Positions 29,815-33,361 of a DNA stretch of 33,361 nt are shown here, one piece after another. Within the stretch, counting starts at the first letter, position 1, and each line of letters begins with the position of its first letter. Source of the stretch: Nemertoderma westbladi (lineage: Eukaryota; Animalia; Xenacoelomorpha); contig JAUCBJ010000273.1 in assembly GCA_032718475.1 (NCBI GenBank), positions 1 through 33,361 on the forward strand, read 5' to 3'. The notes under the pieces were generated by a model. The model was given only the letters and a program-made list of their open reading frames with translations. It was not told the DNA's origin and did no database searches. The position numbers were made by a program, and so were the translations under genes.

Positions 29815-31470
29815 ATGGTTGGAAGGCCCACTTTGAAAAGCTTCCATAATGACAGGGTATTGCCTGATAACTTTATAGAAATAAAAGTGTCTGAGTCTGT
29901 ACTCCCAGATATTCCCATTGGCGATATGTCCTTTGCAGAAGTGAAGGCTGCTGCAAAGAGCATTAAGACCAATCGTGCCATTGGAGTAGATGGTGTTCCC
30001 CCTGAGGTCTTTAAAATACCTGAGTGTTTAAAGCTCATCTATCCCATCATAGTAGACATGTACCGAACAACAAGAGTCCCACAAGAAATGAAAACAAATA
30101 AGTTGGTGCCAGTTCCCAAGAAGGGCAACCTAACACTCTATGGTTCTTTTCGGGGAATCTCATTGATCTCGATTGCTGCAAAGCTATACAATAGAATTCT
30201 ATTAAATCGCATCAGGGATCCTATTGAGAGACTGCTCCGTGGAAATCAGAATGGGTTCCGTAAAGGTCGTGGGACCATGGAGCCCATTTTGGCACTTAGA
30301 AGGATAATTGAAGAGTTATCAAAAAAGAAAGACAGGCATCTGGCTGTTATCTTTGTTGACTTCTTCAAGGCCTTTGATTCAGTCTCCCGCTCACGTATGT
30401 TCAGCATACTTTCATTATATGGGATTCCTGATGAAATTATTGCAGCAATCAGATCAGTATACGATGGTTCGACAACATTTGTGTCTACTGTTGATGGTGA
30501 CACAGAACCATTTGAAGTGTTATGGGGCGTCCTCCAGGGAGACACACTTGCACCATTCTTGTTCATTATTGTGGTTGACTATGTTCTACGCATGTCCTTA
30601 GATCATCATAATGATGATGGGGTGATGATAACTCCACCTACTGGCTCCAGAAGTCGAGGAAATCCTGCCAAGTACCTAACTGATCTAGACTTTGCTGATG
30701 ACTTAGGAGTACTCTCAGAATCACTAGAGGGAGCCCAATGGCTCCTCAGCTCATTAGAACATGCTGCTTCTAGTGTTGGTCTTTTTATTAACTCCAGAAA
30801 GACCAACATTTTGACAGTTAACTTTGAAAGTTCTCAGCAAGTCTCTCATCGGATGAGCATAAGCTCAAAGGATGGTATGCTTGAGCATGTGGACGACTTC
30901 TGTTACCTGGGATCATGGATCCGGAAGTCAGGTGAGGACCTTCGAATACGTAAGGGAAAGGCATGGGCAGCCTTGAATAGGCTTTCCAGGATTTGGAAGT
31001 CACCGAGAATTAATCGGAAACTTAAGGTCCGATTATTTAGAGCAGCAGTAGTTCCAGTACTCCTCTATGGGAGTCCATGCTGGGCTCTAACTGCTGAGGG
31101 CACCAAATCTCTGAATGGCACATCCACAAGAATGCTACGCCGGGTTCATTGTGTCAAGTACAATGCACACATCTCCAACCAGACACTATATAACATTGGA
31201 GGTGTCTCATTGGTTTCCCCAAGCTTGACACTAGAACAAAATCGCCTCCGCTTTGCAGGACATTGCTTTCGCCGTGAGGACCAGCCAGTGCATAATCTTG
31301 TACTTTGGCAGCCTCATGGAGTGAATAAGCATGGTGGACAGCCCATGACTTTCTTGAGACGCATCTTAAAGGACACTGGCCTTGAAGATGCGGATGATCT
31401 AGCAAATGTCATGGGTGATAGGGAGTTGTGGCGGCGCAATGTTGTCGACAAGCCGGCACAGCATTCTTAA
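29815..31470 (+). CDS. RTE reverse transcriptase segment (551 aa)
   Basis: PVPKKG, FRGISL, QNGFRKGR, FVDFFKAFDSV, GVLQGDTLAPFLF, DLDFADD, CYLGS, LLYGS, RLRFAGH. Confidence 0.94.
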   Translation: MVGRPTLKSFHNDRVLPDNFIEIKVSESVLPDIPIGDMSFAEVKAAAKSIKTNRAIGVDGVPPEVFKIPECLKLIYPIIVDMYRTTRVPQEMKTNKLVPVPKKGNLTLYGSFRGISLISIAAKLYNRILLNRIRDPIERLLRGNQNGFRKGRGTMEPILALRRIIEELSKKKDRHLAVIFVDFFKAFDSVSRSRMFSILSLYGIPDEIIAAIRSVYDGSTTFVSTVDGDTEPFEVLWGVLQGDTLAPFLFIIVVDYVLRMSLDHHNDDGVMITPPTGSRSRGNPAKYLTDLDFADDLGVLSESLEGAQWLLSSLEHAASSVGLFINSRKTNILTVNFESSQQVSHRMSISSKDGMLEHVDDFCYLGSWIRKSGEDLRIRKGKAWAALNRLSRIWKSPRINRKLKVRLFRAAVVPVLLYGSPCWALTAEGTKSLNGTSTRMLRRVHCVKYNAHISNQTLYNIGGVSLVSPSLTLEQNRLRFAGHCFRREDQPVHNLVLWQPHGVNKHGGQPMTFLRRILKDTGLEDADDLANVMGDRELWRRNVVDKPAQHS

Positions 31471-31492
31471 AAATATAAAATTTATTTAAATT

Positions 31493-31575
31493 AATATATA
31501 ATTTATCCAGCGTTAGTCATCAACTTTTCCGGTTGCAACCCTGTTTAAACAGTTATTACTGCGTGACGTTTGCTG
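31493..31575 (+). repeat. Right copy of long direct repeat flanking the RTE
   Basis: Matches 27977-28052 with a 7-nt length difference and several substitutions in the distal part. Confidence 0.9.
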
Positions 31576-31767
31576 TATTGCAATATATTGCAGTACTCTT
31601 AAAGCTTTTGCGGCAAAAATGTGGCATTTTTGTGCAATTCGCTAACTACTTTAAAAGTGCCAGCATTATTTTATAGCACTATGGAATTTATAGACTTATG
31701 CCCTCTAGTGTCTGTTTTGGTATTGAGTTGCAAATGACGAAATCTGCCAGCTGTTTCTTTCAGATAG

Positions 31768-31795
31768 GGGGTGGGGGGGGGGGGGGGGGGGGGGA
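31768..31795 (+). repeat. Poly-G tract
   Basis: Run of G interrupted by a single T. Confidence 0.9.
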
Positions 31796-32029
31796 CTTTC
31801 GACGCAAGAAAAATTGTATCCTCTCCAGGGGAAAATCGACGCAATGCAATGGTCGGCTATATGAATCCAATAACAATGCGTCTACACTAATTACTGTCCC
31901 TCATTATCATGTATTTGTTAATTGGTATACTACGTACTAAATGTTATAGTTGGCCAGTTATTACTATTTACTATTAATTATATATTTAATGTCTATTTGA
32001 ATTATTGTGTATGTGTTAACTATTATATA

Positions 32030-32671
32030 TGAAAGCCGACCAGCCGACCACAGGTGACTTATGGAGGATCGCTAGAAGTCGGCTAGTTTACATATGAAGT
32101 ATGTAGGTTCGGCCAAGTTCCAACCACTCTTGGGTCATGTATAAAGGCGACTTATTCGACCCAGTGAACTGAGAGTAAGTCGCAAGTAGTGGTCGAATGG
32201 TCGGCTTACATATATCATCACAGGCCTACAATAGACTATATGGAGGGTCGCTAAAAGTCGCAAAACGTTTATATGTAGACTATAGGTGGAGCCGACTTTG
32301 CCGACCAATTCGACTCTTCCGACGACCCCTGTGCCTGTATATGATATATCTAAACCGACCAGCCGACCATTTGCGACTTACTCTCAGTTTACTGGGTCGA
32401 ATAGTCGCCTATTGTAGGCCTATGATGATATATATAAGCCGAACTGCCGACCACTTGCGACTTACTCTCAGTTTACTGGGTCGAATAGTCGTCTTTATAC
32501 ACGGCCCAAGAGGTGGTCGGAAGAGTCGAATTGGTCGGCAGGGTTGGCTCCCCCTATAGTCTACATATAAAGTTTTGCGAATTTTAGCGACCCTCCATAT
32601 AGTCTATTGTAGGCCTATGATGATATATGTAATACGACCAGCCGCCCACTTGCGACTTACCCACAGTTCAC
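32030..32671. mobile_element. Foldback/MITE-like non-coding repeat with long inverted arms and internal tandem units
   Basis: 32164-32330 is the reverse complement of about 32509-32671 (e.g. aggcctacaatagactatatggagggtcgctaaaa / ttttagcgaccctccatatagtctattgtaggcct); internal 84-bp period (cgacttactctcagtttactgggtcgaatagtcg at 32374 and 32458). Confidence 0.75.
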
Positions 32672-33361
32672 ACTATTGAATAGTTAAAGATATAGAGAGA
32701 TGACTGACTGGCATTGACAGAACATAATGTAGAATCTATTTTACCTCTGCTTCTGTTATTCTTAACCATTGAAAATAAACATTGTTTCTTCACGTCTGTT
32801 CAGTTAATGCGTACTACATATGTATTTATTGCCAAATATCTCCAAATAAGCAGTTGGTTCTTTTATGTCATTTAAGTTTATTATGGCTGTAGGGGATGTC
32901 CCAATGTCGTTGCTGAATACTCTAAAAAGGCCTAGAATTGTTCATCTACGCGACTGTCAGAAAATAAACTGAGATGACGAAATCTGTCAGCTGATTCTTT
33001 TGTGTACGTGGAGGTTTCTTTGTTTGGACATATTTTTAGCCAATCAGAGCAACGTTCCCTGTTATGCCAATAGAGCACTATAGAAAATGTCGTAATGCGG
33101 CAGTTTTTCTGAGAATCCTATACCATTCTGGATTCAGTCATAAGTCCAGACGTTTCAGACATTGCCCAAAGAACATCTGATGGCTAGAGTTATAAGAACG
33201 TAAATCTATTAACACATCTTATTTCATACGCATTGCATACGAACTTAACAAATGACACGATATTCTTATAACACATACTGACTGTTCACCGCACTGTCTT
33301 AATGCTGTTTTATATTGTGGGGCGAGACACGTATGGCGAGCCATCAGCGAACTGATATAAT

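Larger units (their letters stand above)
28053..31490 (+). mobile_element. RTE-clade non-LTR retrotransposon, full length, decayed
   Basis: Structured 5' UTR, single APE-RT reading frame in pieces, almost no 3' UTR, AT-rich tail, flanking direct repeats. Confidence 0.92.

Noticed and set aside
31768-31795. Functional G-quadruplex or Gly-rich ORF 31698-31940
   Set aside because: Simple homopolymer of uncertain length; the ORF has no other coding signal.
32197-32559. 120-aa ORF, and the ORFs within the satellite (25111-25992)
   Set aside because: By-products of repeated non-coding units.
1-33361. Unistrand piRNA cluster
   Set aside because: Element orientations are mixed (LTR elements minus, full LINEs plus) and too few; needs small-RNA data.

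Overview
A eukaryotic (most likely invertebrate animal) transposon-dense window; no host gene is supportable. In order: (1) a nearly intact BEL/Pao LTR retrotransposon on the minus strand (about 11.3 kb visible, 3' end beyond position 1). Its gag-pol is broken only by one in-frame TGA and one -1 frame change at two in-frame slippery heptamers. It has a ~2.1 kb leader and a probable 5' LTR with TATA, a heat-shock-element-like array, three CCAAT boxes and a tRNA-like Pol III cassette. (2) A 5'-truncated RTEX-like LINE. (3) A decayed CR1-group (Crack/Daphne-like) LINE with a 2A-like DIETNPGP motif, a PHD-like finger and a deleted endonuclease. (4) A decayed Gypsy-order LTR element on the minus strand with 176-bp LTRs, an atypical LADD RT motif and a second tRNA-like Pol III cassette in its 3' UTR. 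(5) A 52-bp satellite with higher-order structure, bounded by quasi-palindromic inverted motifs. (6) An inverted fragment and a full-length decayed copy of one RTE LINE, the latter between long direct repeats. (7) A foldback/MITE-like repeat. The most intriguing signal is that two unrelated LTR elements each appear to carry a sense-strand tRNA-like A-box/B-box/oligo-T unit with scrambled acceptor and anticodon arms. Family assignments come from recalled motifs, not database searches.
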